Virus record (IMG/VR): IMGVR_UViG_3300017747_002695
Span: 1-58,913 of that record
Length of the DNA stretch: 58,913 bases
DNA from: a virus
Lineage: Duplodnaviria > Caudoviricetes
Strand: one strand, 5' to 3'
Part shown: piece after piece, positions 30,314 to 39,791 of the stretch
Layout: each line of letters begins with the position of its first letter
How positions within the stretch are numbered: position 1 is the stretch's first letter
Program-made: the position numbers and the translations under genes
Notes under the pieces: generated by a model
Told to the model about the DNA's origin: nothing
What the model saw: only the letters and a program-made list of their open reading frames with translations
The model's database searches: none

Positions 30314-30972
30314 TGGCATGGGTGGCAACAGCAGTTATAGGCGCTGGCGTTATAGGTGCAGCGTCAACTGCTTATAGTGCTAATAAAGCTGCTGATGCTC
30401 AAACTGAAGCATCTAATAAAGCTTCACAAATAGCTCAAGATCAATATCAACAAACTCGTGCTGATTTATCTCCTTATCGTGATATAGGCTCACAAGCTTC
30501 TACTGAATTGAGTGGGAGGCTTTCAGAACTTACTAGCCCTATTACTATGGATCAAGCTACACTAGAAGCAACTCCAGGTTATCAATTTAACTTAAATCAA
30601 GGACTAAAAGCTACTCAAAATAGCGCAGCAGCTAGAGGACTAGGTACATCAGGAGCAGCTTTGAAAGGAGCGTCTACTTTTGCTACTGGACTTGCTGATA
30701 GCACATATCAAAATCAATTTAATAATGCTAACACCAATCAGACTAACGCATATAATCGTTTGAAAGGCTTGGTTGATACTGGAGCTAGCGCTGCTACTGG
30801 TACTGCTACTGCTGGTACTGCTGCTGCTAACACATCTGCTACAGCAGCAACTCAAGCTGGCACTGCGCAAGCTGCTGCTGATAATAAGACTGGAAACGCT
30901 ATAAGTAGTTTAGCTAATAATATAGCTGGATATGCTACTTATAAAGGTTTATATGGCACTAAAGCTGCTTAA
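30313..30972 (+). CDS. DNA ejection protein, P22 gp7-like
   Basis: LSPYR, PGYQF...QG...SAAARG..SGAALK. Confidence 0.8.
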   Translation: MAWVATAVIGAGVIGAASTAYSANKAADAQTEASNKASQIAQDQYQQTRADLSPYRDIGSQASTELSGRLSELTSPITMDQATLEATPGYQFNLNQGLKATQNSAAARGLGTSGAALKGASTFATGLADSTYQNQFNNANTNQTNAYNRLKGLVDTGASAATGTATAGTAAANTSATAATQAGTAQAAADNKTGNAISSLANNIAGYATYKGLYGTKAA

Positions 30973-30984
30973 GGATTTAGAATT

Positions 30985-32352
30985 ATGGCTGAGCTTGGCG
31001 GATTTAGCGTAGATAGTTATAAAATGCCTGTTGAAAAATCTCCTGTTGAGATTGCTAAGCAGTATGGTGATATTCAACAGCAAAGCCAACAAATAGATCA
31101 AGCTAAATTAAATCAAGCTAATCAGGGCTTAACTTATATGACAAGAGCTATGGGGGCTCTTGGCCCTAATGCTCCTAAAGAAGCGTATATTAAAGCTGCT
31201 GAAGATGCTGTTAAGCTTGGGTTAGTTCCTCCTCAAGCTGTGCAAGTCTTTGCTCAAAAAGCGCAAGCTGCTCCTACAAGTAAAGCTTTCTATGATGAGT
31301 TCATGACTACTGCTGCCGATCATCAACAGCAAATCAATTATCATATTGGCCAAAATACAACAGTACAAGACAATAAAAGTATCACTCAAGGCGTTACTAG
31401 GCCAGCTAGTCAAGGCGGAGGGTTTGTTCCAGCAACTAAAATGCCAATACAAATCGCCCCCGGAACTCAAGGCTATAACTCAGCTAATCAGCAGGTGTAT
31501 GAGCAACCTGAAGGCCCTCCCGGCGTGGTTCCTGCCACTCCTGCGGCTCAGCCAGCGCGTTCTATGCCTGTCGCTCCCTTGGCGTCACCTGCCCCGACTA
31601 CAGGGCCTATAGGGCCTACCGTGGAAACGACAGGAGGGCCTAATGCTCCTCCTGCTACTTTTGCTCAACGAACTGATGCTGCTTTCCCTAACAAGCGTGA
31701 AGTTTTAACCGCTGGGCCTAGCCCTTTATTCCCTGAAGGTAAGGAAGCTTATACGAAGGATCAGCTTTCTGCATCTGGTAAGGCTCAGGCTATCAAGCCA
31801 GCTATTCAGGCATTAAAGCTAATGCCGGGATTAGCTACAGGTCCGGGTACAGAGCAGTTTAATAATTTAGTAGCTGCTGCTAAGGCATGGGGCATTGTTG
31901 ATACTAAAGCTGAGAATGACCCTACTGTGTTACGTCAAGAAATTAATAAAAAGATGGCTCAGTATGTTGCCAGTAGTCCGATTGGCCAACGTTCGGATGC
32001 TGCTCAAGCTTTGACTGAAGCCAGCTCGCCTAATCCTAAAGTGCAGTTGACGCAAGCATTACAGGCGCTAACTCGCGATGCTGTTGCATTAGATCGTGTT
32101 AACATTTTAAAACCGCAAGCGTTTAAGGGTAGCGATTATCAAAACTATATCAAGCATCAGGGGACATTCCCACAAAACATTGATGAGAAAGCTTTGACGC
32201 TTGATATGCTTGATGAGAAATCGCGTAATTCTTTAGTACAGAAAATGGCTAAGCAATACCGCGATGGTAATGCTGGCGAGAAAAAGATTGCTGACAAGTT
32301 CTTAGAAACTTTAAAGCTCGCTAAAGAAAACGGCATTTACGAGGGTATGTAA
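30985..32352 (+). CDS. Putative DNA ejection protein
   Basis: Gene order after gp7-like gene; A/Q/P-rich helical sequence. Confidence 0.55.
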   Translation: MAELGGFSVDSYKMPVEKSPVEIAKQYGDIQQQSQQIDQAKLNQANQGLTYMTRAMGALGPNAPKEAYIKAAEDAVKLGLVPPQAVQVFAQKAQAAPTSKAFYDEFMTTAADHQQQINYHIGQNTTVQDNKSITQGVTRPASQGGGFVPATKMPIQIAPGTQGYNSANQQVYEQPEGPPGVVPATPAAQPARSMPVAPLASPAPTTGPIGPTVETTGGPNAPPATFAQRTDAAFPNKREVLTAGPSPLFPEGKEAYTKDQLSASGKAQAIKPAIQALKLMPGLATGPGTEQFNNLVAAAKAWGIVDTKAENDPTVLRQEINKKMAQYVASSPIGQRSDAAQALTEASSPNPKVQLTQALQALTRDAVALDRVNILKPQAFKGSDYQNYIKHQGTFPQNIDEKALTLDMLDEKSRNSLVQKMAKQYRDGNAGEKKIADKFLETLKLAKENGIYEGM

Positions 32353-34253
32353 TGGCTGAGTTTAATATTGATGAAGTGCTAGGCCAATTTGGCCAAAAGT
32401 CTGCTGCTCCTAAGAAGGGTGGTTTTGACGTTGATAGCATTTTGTCTCAATTTGGTGGTAGCGAGCCTAAAGAACCTGAGCGTACCAAAGTCGTCATTCG
32501 ACAGCCTAAGCCTCCTATCTCTGGAATTTCTCAGGAAAGCTCTGATGAATTAAATCAAACTCGCGCTGAAAAAACTGGTGGTGAAAATCCACGTTCTATG
32601 TTGCCGCGTACTAATGTTGTAGAAAGTGTAGTCGATAATTACAAATCAGGCTTAAGCACTGCTACTGAAGGCTTAAATGATTTAGCATCTAACAAACCTG
32701 CCTCTGGTGTGGGTAAAGTCGCGCTTGGTTCTCTGTCTGCTTTAATTTCTCCTGTCACTGGAGCTGTCAAAGGCGGCTTGTCTACGCCTATTACTGATAT
32801 TACTGGTAGCAAAGAGATTGGCGATAGGGCAGGTGATGTAGCTTTAAGTGGTATTCCTTTTATTAAAGGAGCTAGCACTGTAGTTAAAAATTTACCTAAG
32901 AATAAAGCTTTGTCTACTTTAGTAGAAAGCATTGGTCCTGAAAATTTACCTGAAGTAGTGCGAGCTATGAAAGCTGACCCGCGCTTAGGACCGGCTGATT
33001 TATCGCCTAAAGTTTTACAAGATACTCAAAGCTTGTTTACTACTGAAGGTCCGCAAATCGATTATCTGGCTAAAACTTCTGGTAACAGAATGGCAGGCAG
33101 AAGCGATGCAATGGCTGCTGCTTATGATACTTCAGGTGGCGTGGCTCCTGACTTAGCTCAGAAGATGACTGATTTAGCCAGCGCTGCTAAGGATGTTGGT
33201 AGCAAGAAAATTCAACCTGCTTTAGACGCGGCTAAGCCTGTTAGTGTAGAAAATACATTAGATATTTTAGATAGCACTTTAAAACCCGGCTCTTTAAAAA
33301 TTGGTGACGCTGAGCATTTAGTTGATATTAAGCGACAGCTTGATAGCATTCGCAAGCAATTGCGTACTAGTAAAGAATATGATGCTAAAGAGCTTCATAG
33401 GTTTCAATCTAAGTTGCGTGAGACCGCTACTCGTTTAATGAAAAGCTCTACCGGCTCTGATCAGGCTATGGGTGGCGCTTTGATGAATGTCAGAAACAAC
33501 CTTGTATCTGACATTGAAAAGGCTGCTCCCGGTTACAAAGAAGCTTTGTCAGGCTATCGCGATGAGATGCACATAGCCGAAGCATTCAAGCGTGGCCATG
33601 ATGACATCTTCACTAGCTCTAAGAAAATTGAAAATGATCCGTCGTTCGTAAAGAAGTGGTATGATGGCTTAAGCGATTATGAAAAGCAAGCTGCTACAGA
33701 AGGTGCTAGAGCTGCTATATATACTGAGATGGGGGTTGCTAAAAATCCGGCATTAGCTGGCGAAAGCATCGCACGTTCTGATTTTAACAAAGCTAAAATG
33801 GAAGTATTATTTGGTAAAGATGAGACTGAAAAACTTTTAACTAAACTTGCTAATGAGCGAGCTATAGCTAATACCCACAATAAGATTGTTGAGGGTAGCC
33901 AGACTGCTATGCGCCAAACTTCTAAAGCTCAGTTTGCTTTGCCTAGCCCAACTGAAGTAATGAAAAGCGCTCCTGCTGTAGCAGCGGCTGAGGCTTCTAG
34001 CTATTTCATGGGTGGTATGCCGGGTGTTGGTGCTGGGCTTTTAACAGCAGCAAAAGTTGGCGCATCTGTAAAAGATGCTGTGAAGATGAAGCTAGCTCGC
34101 GAACATAATGCACGATATGCTCAGTATGCTTTACCAACTGAAGGTCCAAGTAGAGATGAACTAATCAGGCAACTTGAAGCTCGTATACCCGGGCCTAGGC
34201 AATCTCTGCTCACTCGCGGGGCTAGCGGCATTTCTAGGCTTGTAGGACCATAA
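32352..34253 (+). CDS. Putative large DNA ejection protein
   Basis: Gene order; helical; conserved-looking GSQTA near C-terminus. Confidence 0.55.
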   Translation: MAEFNIDEVLGQFGQKSAAPKKGGFDVDSILSQFGGSEPKEPERTKVVIRQPKPPISGISQESSDELNQTRAEKTGGENPRSMLPRTNVVESVVDNYKSGLSTATEGLNDLASNKPASGVGKVALGSLSALISPVTGAVKGGLSTPITDITGSKEIGDRAGDVALSGIPFIKGASTVVKNLPKNKALSTLVESIGPENLPEVVRAMKADPRLGPADLSPKVLQDTQSLFTTEGPQIDYLAKTSGNRMAGRSDAMAAAYDTSGGVAPDLAQKMTDLASAAKDVGSKKIQPALDAAKPVSVENTLDILDSTLKPGSLKIGDAEHLVDIKRQLDSIRKQLRTSKEYDAKELHRFQSKLRETATRLMKSSTGSDQAMGGALMNVRNNLVSDIEKAAPGYKEALSGYRDEMHIAEAFKRGHDDIFTSSKKIENDPSFVKKWYDGLSDYEKQAATEGARAAIYTEMGVAKNPALAGESIARSDFNKAKMEVLFGKDETEKLLTKLANERAIANTHNKIVEGSQTAMRQTSKAQFALPSPTEVMKSAPAVAAAEASSYFMGGMPGVGAGLLTAAKVGASVKDAVKMKLAREHNARYAQYALPTEGPSRDELIRQLEARIPGPRQSLLTRGASGISRLVGP

Positions 34254-34362
34254 TTTATATTGTAGGTAGATAGGGTCTGAGATTTTCCACTTTGCGTATG
34301 CCGCTAGTATTAAGATTGTGGGCATACAAATTAAATTTTTTCTAAGCAGTAAGGCAATTAAA

Positions 34363-36099
34363 ATGAAAGCTATCATCAATTCCATTGTTAAAACTTTCGT
34401 TATTTCTTTAATGCTTATTGCTAATACTTCTTTTTCTTATGCTCAGACGGCAAGCATACTCCCACCCGCAAAAACTCAGCTTTTTGATAGTAATGGAAAT
34501 CCGCTGGCTGGTGGCAAAGTCGATTACTACATTCCCGGCACTACCACTCGCAAGACGACTTGGCAAGACGCTGGCCAGACTGTCCCTAATGCTAACCCTG
34601 TTATTTTAGATAGCGCTGGCCGCGCGCTCATGCTTGGCGATGGCGCATACCGCCAAGTTGTCAAAGATCGTAATAATAGTTTAATTTGGGATGCTGTAAC
34701 TAGCTCTACCGGATCAGGAGGAGGAGGTTCAACTGCTACAGTTGGCGATGGCCAACCTGTTGGGTCTATACAATTATGGGCAGGATTAATAGCCCCTCAA
34801 GCTTATGCTTTTGCATACGGGCAAGAGTTTACTAGAGCTGGTTTTCCTGAATTATTTCAAGCTTTAACGCTTAATCAAAATGTCACTTGCACTATAGGAA
34901 GCCCAATATTAACTAGTGTTAGTAGCACTCAAAATTTTAGTACTGGAACTAAGATTGAAAGTGTTTGTTTAGGTGCTGGGGCTACAGTAATTTCAGTGAC
35001 ATCTTCTACTGTCACAGCTAGCTCTAATGCTATTATTTCTACTACTTCTACCGCTAGATTTTTTCCTTATGGGAACGGTGACGGAAATTTAACTTTTAAT
35101 GTTCCTGATTTAAGAGGTAGAATTTTAGTTGGGCGCGACGATATGGGGGGAATAGCTGCAAACCGTGTAACTTCGTTATTAAGTGGTTGTAGCGCAGGAA
35201 TTGGCGGTACTTGTGGCACTCAAAATCAAGATATATTGCAATCACAACTACCAAATGTAGTTATACCTTTCAGTAGTAGTAGTGGTTCAGCCAGTGTTAC
35301 TACTACTAGTAGTCGTATTTTTCAAAGCAATAGTGTTAATGGAATTATAAGTCCCGGTGCTGGAGCAATATTTGCTGTTGCTGGTATTGATGCTAATACT
35401 AGTGCTGTTTCATCTACAGGATCAGCTAACGCGTCAGGTAATACTAATTCTATTAATGGTAATGTTACTCAAGTAGGGCTGAATATGATGCAGCCTTCAC
35501 TAATTAGCAATTATGTTATTAAAACTACTCCAGATAGTAACCCAAATTCTTTTTTTGGCGTCGCATCCATTGGAGGAATGTATGGAGTATTAACTTGTGG
35601 ATCAGGAATATCATGCTCAGGAAATCAAATATCTGCTAGTCTAACAGGTACTATTTCTTGTGGAGATTTGACTAATGGGGGTACAGGCTGCCAAGCGAAT
35701 ACTGGCGCATCAGGTCATGTTGTGCCTTTCTTAGATGGTATTAATATATTCTCAGGAACCAGTAACACTTTCACCAATGGCATTACTGTATCTAATGGTT
35801 CTGCTTATTTATTAGCTAATGCTTCAGCTACTCCGGGGCCTGCTGTCGATACAACAATACAAGGTTTAACTTTAAAAACTCCAATTGATGCTAACAATGA
35901 TTATATGCTTTTATGGGATAATGTTAGCGGAGCTTTAAGAAAAGTTACACCGGGGCAAATTGGTTCTGTTGGTGTAGCTGGCGTATCTAGCTTGGGCGGA
36001 CAGACAGGGTCTCTAACTTGCGAAAATGGCGTAACTTGTGTTAGTGGGTCAGTCAGTATCAGTCTGTTGCCACTTTATTCAACTTTAGGAGGAATTTAA
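34363..36099 (+). CDS. Tail fibre/tailspike with head-binding and tail-collar domains plus signal peptide
   Basis: QLFDSNGNPLAGGKV.YY.PGTTT...NPVILDSAGRA; collar PVGSI...TFNVPDLRGR; leader ending FSYA. Confidence 0.85.
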   Translation: MKAIINSIVKTFVISLMLIANTSFSYAQTASILPPAKTQLFDSNGNPLAGGKVDYYIPGTTTRKTTWQDAGQTVPNANPVILDSAGRALMLGDGAYRQVVKDRNNSLIWDAVTSSTGSGGGGSTATVGDGQPVGSIQLWAGLIAPQAYAFAYGQEFTRAGFPELFQALTLNQNVTCTIGSPILTSVSSTQNFSTGTKIESVCLGAGATVISVTSSTVTASSNAIISTTSTARFFPYGNGDGNLTFNVPDLRGRILVGRDDMGGIAANRVTSLLSGCSAGIGGTCGTQNQDILQSQLPNVVIPFSSSSGSASVTTTSSRIFQSNSVNGIISPGAGAIFAVAGIDANTSAVSSTGSANASGNTNSINGNVTQVGLNMMQPSLISNYVIKTTPDSNPNSFFGVASIGGMYGVLTCGSGISCSGNQISASLTGTISCGDLTNGGTGCQANTGASGHVVPFLDGINIFSGTSNTFTNGITVSNGSAYLLANASATPGPAVDTTIQGLTLKTPIDANNDYMLLWDNVSGALRKVTPGQIGSVGVAGVSSLGGQTGSLTCENGVTCVSGSVSISLLPLYSTLGGI

Positions 36100-36101
36100 A
36101 T

Positions 36102-36602
36102 ATGCGTATTATTTATATTATTTTAAGTTTTTTATTTAGTATTATTATATCAAACGCTAATGCTCAAACCCTAAATTCATTTTACGCTCCTACTATTCCT
36201 AATATGGGGCAGCAAAGCTGGGTACAAGGCACTGACGCCCCAAGTGTCGCTAAAACTATTTATACCGGAGCAGCCAGAGGTTCTAAATGCACAGGTTTAT
36301 ATTTGACATCTAGTGATGGGACAACTTCTCATATATTTACTGTATTTTTAACTTCACCTACATCTACTGGTATTTCAGGAGCAGCTTTAGCTGTGACTAT
36401 TCCTTTAGCTGCTGGATATATCATAAATACTCCCGCCATAGCTCCTATGAGCGCTACATTGTGGCCGGGATTACCAACAGATAGCGATAATAATCGTTAT
36501 TTTTATCTTCCTAGTGGTTGGAGTTTAAAAGGTTATTATATAACCGCACTAGGTTCAGGAGCAATTATAAACGCAACAGCCATTTGCGCGGATTTTAACT
36601 AA
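36102..36602 (+). CDS. Signal-peptide-bearing tail-associated protein
   Basis: MRIIYIILSFLFSIIISNANA leader; 2 Cys. Confidence 0.6.
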   Translation: MRIIYIILSFLFSIIISNANAQTLNSFYAPTIPNMGQQSWVQGTDAPSVAKTIYTGAARGSKCTGLYLTSSDGTTSHIFTVFLTSPTSTGISGAALAVTIPLAAGYIINTPAIAPMSATLWPGLPTDSDNNRYFYLPSGWSLKGYYITALGSGAIINATAICADFN

Positions 36603-37519
36603 TGAAAAATTTAATTATAATTTTTCTTTTAATAACAACTTCAGCTTTTTCGCAAACTCCTATGCCGGGTATGAGAGGTCATGCTAATAGAAATACCCCT
36701 TATCCATTAATGGCTATAGGAGGTCAAGGAGAAACAGGAGGTTTACAAGTAACTAATTTAAATCCTACTACTTGTGGTCAAGGGGTTTCGTTTGGTTCTC
36801 CTACTGATTGTGGAGTAGGTAGCGGTCTATATCAATGGACTGATGTAGACGGTAATGCTACCAAACCATTAAATGGATCACTTTTTAACTATCGTGTAAA
36901 TAGTGGATATTACGCTCTCGGGTTTCCAACTTTTGTTGGTGGGAATTTCGAATTACAAGTAAACGATAATGCTTTTGCTGGCAATGATTTATGGGCATTG
37001 CTAGGAATTTTAGATTTACAAGGTACGTCAGGTAATTTAGGAGGACAAGCAACAGCAGGTATTATTCGTGGGAATTTGAGTGGAGGAGGTTTAGCCGCAG
37101 GCATACGTTCGCAAGCTGAAAATTACTCTGGTCGTGCTGGATTTGGAATAATAGTTGGTTCTAGCCAAACTGATGGTGCAGGGCTTCCTTTTGATAATTC
37201 ATATGATACAGGATTAGCAATAGAGGATAGCCATACCTACGGCATCACCATTTGTCAAACAGGTCATATTTGCCCGGGAATACCAATACTTGTGCGCAAT
37301 GGTACTGGCGCAGCGTTAATGCAAGTTGATGGATTAGGAGGATTAAAAGTAGGAGATAATAATACTACTGGAGCAGTACCAACTTGTAACGCTGCTGCTA
37401 CAGGCACTTTCTATTTTGTAGTAGACGCTACTAGTGTTTCTTATCATGCTACATATGCTGGTGGAGGAAGCGGTAGAGTTGCTATTGTATGTACAGGATC
37501 GATATGGATAGTAATATGA
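36602..37519 (+). CDS. Signal-peptide-bearing putative receptor-binding protein
   Basis: MKNLIIIFLLITTSAFS leader; C-terminal VPTCNAAATG..Y.V.DA...GGGS..V...CTGSIW tip-like domain; 6 Cys. Confidence 0.6.
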   Translation: MKNLIIIFLLITTSAFSQTPMPGMRGHANRNTPYPLMAIGGQGETGGLQVTNLNPTTCGQGVSFGSPTDCGVGSGLYQWTDVDGNATKPLNGSLFNYRVNSGYYALGFPTFVGGNFELQVNDNAFAGNDLWALLGILDLQGTSGNLGGQATAGIIRGNLSGGGLAAGIRSQAENYSGRAGFGIIVGSSQTDGAGLPFDNSYDTGLAIEDSHTYGITICQTGHICPGIPILVRNGTGAALMQVDGLGGLKVGDNNTTGAVPTCNAAATGTFYFVVDATSVSYHATYAGGGSGRVAIVCTGSIWIVI

Positions 37520-37749
37520 AAAAGATTTTAATACTAGCTATTTTAATTGTAAACACTAGCGTAAACGCAGCCACTATAACTATAACGCTATCTGACGATG
37601 AGCAAAAAGGATTAATAACTTTATTAGATCAAGCAGTCAGAGCTGAAGGACTTCAAGTAGCCGAACCTGCATTATATTTATTTAAAAGAATACAACAAGA
37701 ACAAAAAAAAGCTATTAAAGAAATTAAAGAACAGAAAGGTGATAAATGA
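37516..37749 (+). CDS. Small helical protein with signal peptide (possible fibre chaperone)
   Basis: MKKILILAILIVNTSVNA leader; LITLLDQAVRAEGL. Confidence 0.5.
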   Translation: MKKILILAILIVNTSVNAATITITLSDDEQKGLITLLDQAVRAEGLQVAEPALYLFKRIQQEQKKAIKEIKEQKGDK

Positions 37750-38276
37750 CTATATTACCTAAACAATATGCATGGCTGGTTAAAGAAACTGGCCCTAAAA
37801 TGATTGTAGAAGCTTTAAAGCTCTATGGAACTGTTGAAGTAGCTGGTACTAAAGATAGCCCTATTATTTTAGCTTGGGCTAAGTCATTGAAGCTTACTTC
37901 TATATACTCTCATGATAGCATCCCATGGTGCGGATTATTCATTGGTTATGTAGCTTTACGTGCAGGCAAGCCGGTAGCTCAGTCTCCATTGTGGGCATTG
38001 TCTTGGGCGGACGAAGGAACTGCGATAAAATTCCCCATGCTTGGCGATATTTTAACTTTTAAGCGTGACGGCGGCGGTCACGTTGGGCTATACGTTGGCG
38101 AGGACGCGACCGCTTATCACGTCTTGGGAGGTAATCAATCTGACCAAGTTTGTATTACCCGTATTCTTAAGTCACGTCTCTACAAAGCGCGCCGCCCTAA
38201 ATACATCAATCCTCCAAAAAATATTAGACGTATTTATTTAAATAATAATGGTGTTATTTCAACTAATGAAAAGTGA
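37746..38276 (+). CDS. Endolysin, TIGR02594/NlpC-P60-like
   Basis: DSIPWCGLF, ALSW, GDI..F.R.GGGHVG.Y, VLGGNQSDQV. Confidence 0.85.
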   Translation: MTILPKQYAWLVKETGPKMIVEALKLYGTVEVAGTKDSPIILAWAKSLKLTSIYSHDSIPWCGLFIGYVALRAGKPVAQSPLWALSWADEGTAIKFPMLGDILTFKRDGGGHVGLYVGEDATAYHVLGGNQSDQVCITRILKSRLYKARRPKYINPPKNIRRIYLNNNGVISTNEK

Positions 38277-38285
38277 GATTTAAAT

Positions 38286-38600
38286 ATGGCTGACAACACT
38301 GCTAGTATAACTAACCCACTTCAAACTAACAATTCAGCATTAATGGTTGTTGGTTATGTAGCTGGTATTCTTGCTGCTAAATTACCATTTTTTGATTTTG
38401 CTACTTGGAATTATTTAATTCTCAGTGCTGGCGGAACTATTATGGTATTAGCTACAGCTATTCTTAATAGAAAGTCTGCTGTAGTTGCTACAGTGGCTAA
38501 TATGCCTGAAGTTAAGAGTGTTGAACTTGATAAGAAAGTTATTGGTTCTGCCGCTCTTGACGCGGCTACTCCTGACAATGTAACAGTGAGCGCAAAATGA
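38286..38600 (+). CDS. Putative holin
   Basis: Two hydrophobic segments; follows endolysin. Confidence 0.55.
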   Translation: MADNTASITNPLQTNNSALMVVGYVAGILAAKLPFFDFATWNYLILSAGGTIMVLATAILNRKSAVVATVANMPEVKSVELDKKVIGSAALDAATPDNVTVSAK

Positions 38601-39013
38601 AAAAACTTTTACTTATTCCCACACTTATAGCCTCTTTGTATCTAGGTGGTTGTACTACTCCATTTGGTACCTTTACTCAGAAGATACTGACGACTGGTGT
38701 TGCTAATCCTGTTGGCAATGATACTTTAGCTGGCATTATTAGTTCTTATGGTGTAACTCAAACAGCAGCTATCGCTTATATGAACCTTCCTCGTTGTACT
38801 AAAACTAACAATTTTTCTGCTACTAATATTTGTTCTAAGCGATCGGTTAAAGTTGTGATACAAGCTGCTGATGAAAATGCTAGCTCTGCTATCAATGCTG
38901 CTGTTGAATTCACTCGTGCTAATCCAACTCTAGATGCTACTGCTGTATTGACTGCGGCTAGTAATGCTGTAGATACTTTTAATAAGCTAGCTATTCAATA
39001 TGGAGTTAAGTAA
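38597..39013 (+). CDS. Lipoprotein (spanin-like position)
   Basis: Lipobox LGGC after MKKLLLIPTLIASLY. Confidence 0.65.
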   Translation: MKKLLLIPTLIASLYLGGCTTPFGTFTQKILTTGVANPVGNDTLAGIISSYGVTQTAAIAYMNLPRCTKTNNFSATNICSKRSVKVVIQAADENASSAINAAVEFTRANPTLDATAVLTAASNAVDTFNKLAIQYGVK

Positions 39014-39276
39014 ATGGACGCAGTAGCAATTGCATCTCTTATTAACACTATTGCAAATGTCATCACTATAGCTGCGCCTTTAGTTATTAAAGCTGAGCAG
39101 AACGCTCAGCCCTTTGCGCAAGCTATTGCTGAGCTTTTCAAGGGAACTCACTTCACTGATGCGGAAATTGCGGAACTTTTAGCAAAGTCGAACGCTTTGT
39201 CTTTACAAATTCAAGCGGCTCTGCCACCTGAAGATGAGCAAGACGTTTAACACTTTGTTAAAATGGAACTAGCCCG

Positions 39277-39546
39277 GTGGACTTACTGCTAGAGATTGTA
39301 AAAGGTTGGGGTCCGCCGGGTGCACTCGCGTTATTAATGTGGGTGATGCTCAAGAAATCAGAAGAACGCGAAGCTAAAAAAGATACTCGCATACAACTAT
39401 TAGAAAATCAATTAATAGAAAGCTATGATGAGAGAATATCCGCCGCTGATAGAATGAGCGACGCTATACACTTATCAGCAAATGCAGCAACAAACGCAGC
39501 CAAAGCCCTAGATGGATTGGCTCATGAAGTTAGGGCTAAGTCATGA
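39277..39546 (+). CDS. Membrane-anchored coiled-coil protein, lysis region
   Basis: N-terminal hydrophobic helix then coiled coil. Confidence 0.45.
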   Translation: MDLLLEIVKGWGPPGALALLMWVMLKKSEEREAKKDTRIQLLENQLIESYDERISAADRMSDAIHLSANAATNAAKALDGLAHEVRAKS

Positions 39547-39731
39547 ATAAAATCATAAGTCAGTTACGTCGTCTATATGATGACAATGGCGCAAATGATC
39601 GTGATTTTACAATTCAAGAGGAACGCTTAAAAGCTTCTCAAGACAATCTAAATAAAGCCACTAGCCAACTTGTCAGGGCGTCTGAGCTATTAAACGCGGC
39701 GGCTCTGAGCAGCTTTGCGACCAAGCATTGA

Positions 39732-39780
39732 GCCAACCGCAGCCCCTTGGGTAAAAAGCTTACCTTGGGGGCTGGCTGGC
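39732..39780. terminator. Hairpin between convergent late and replication operons
   Basis: CAGCCCC/GGGGCTG stem, extended by GCCA/TGGC and GGTAA/TTACC. Confidence 0.6.
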
Positions 39781-39791
39781 GATCCTAGGTA

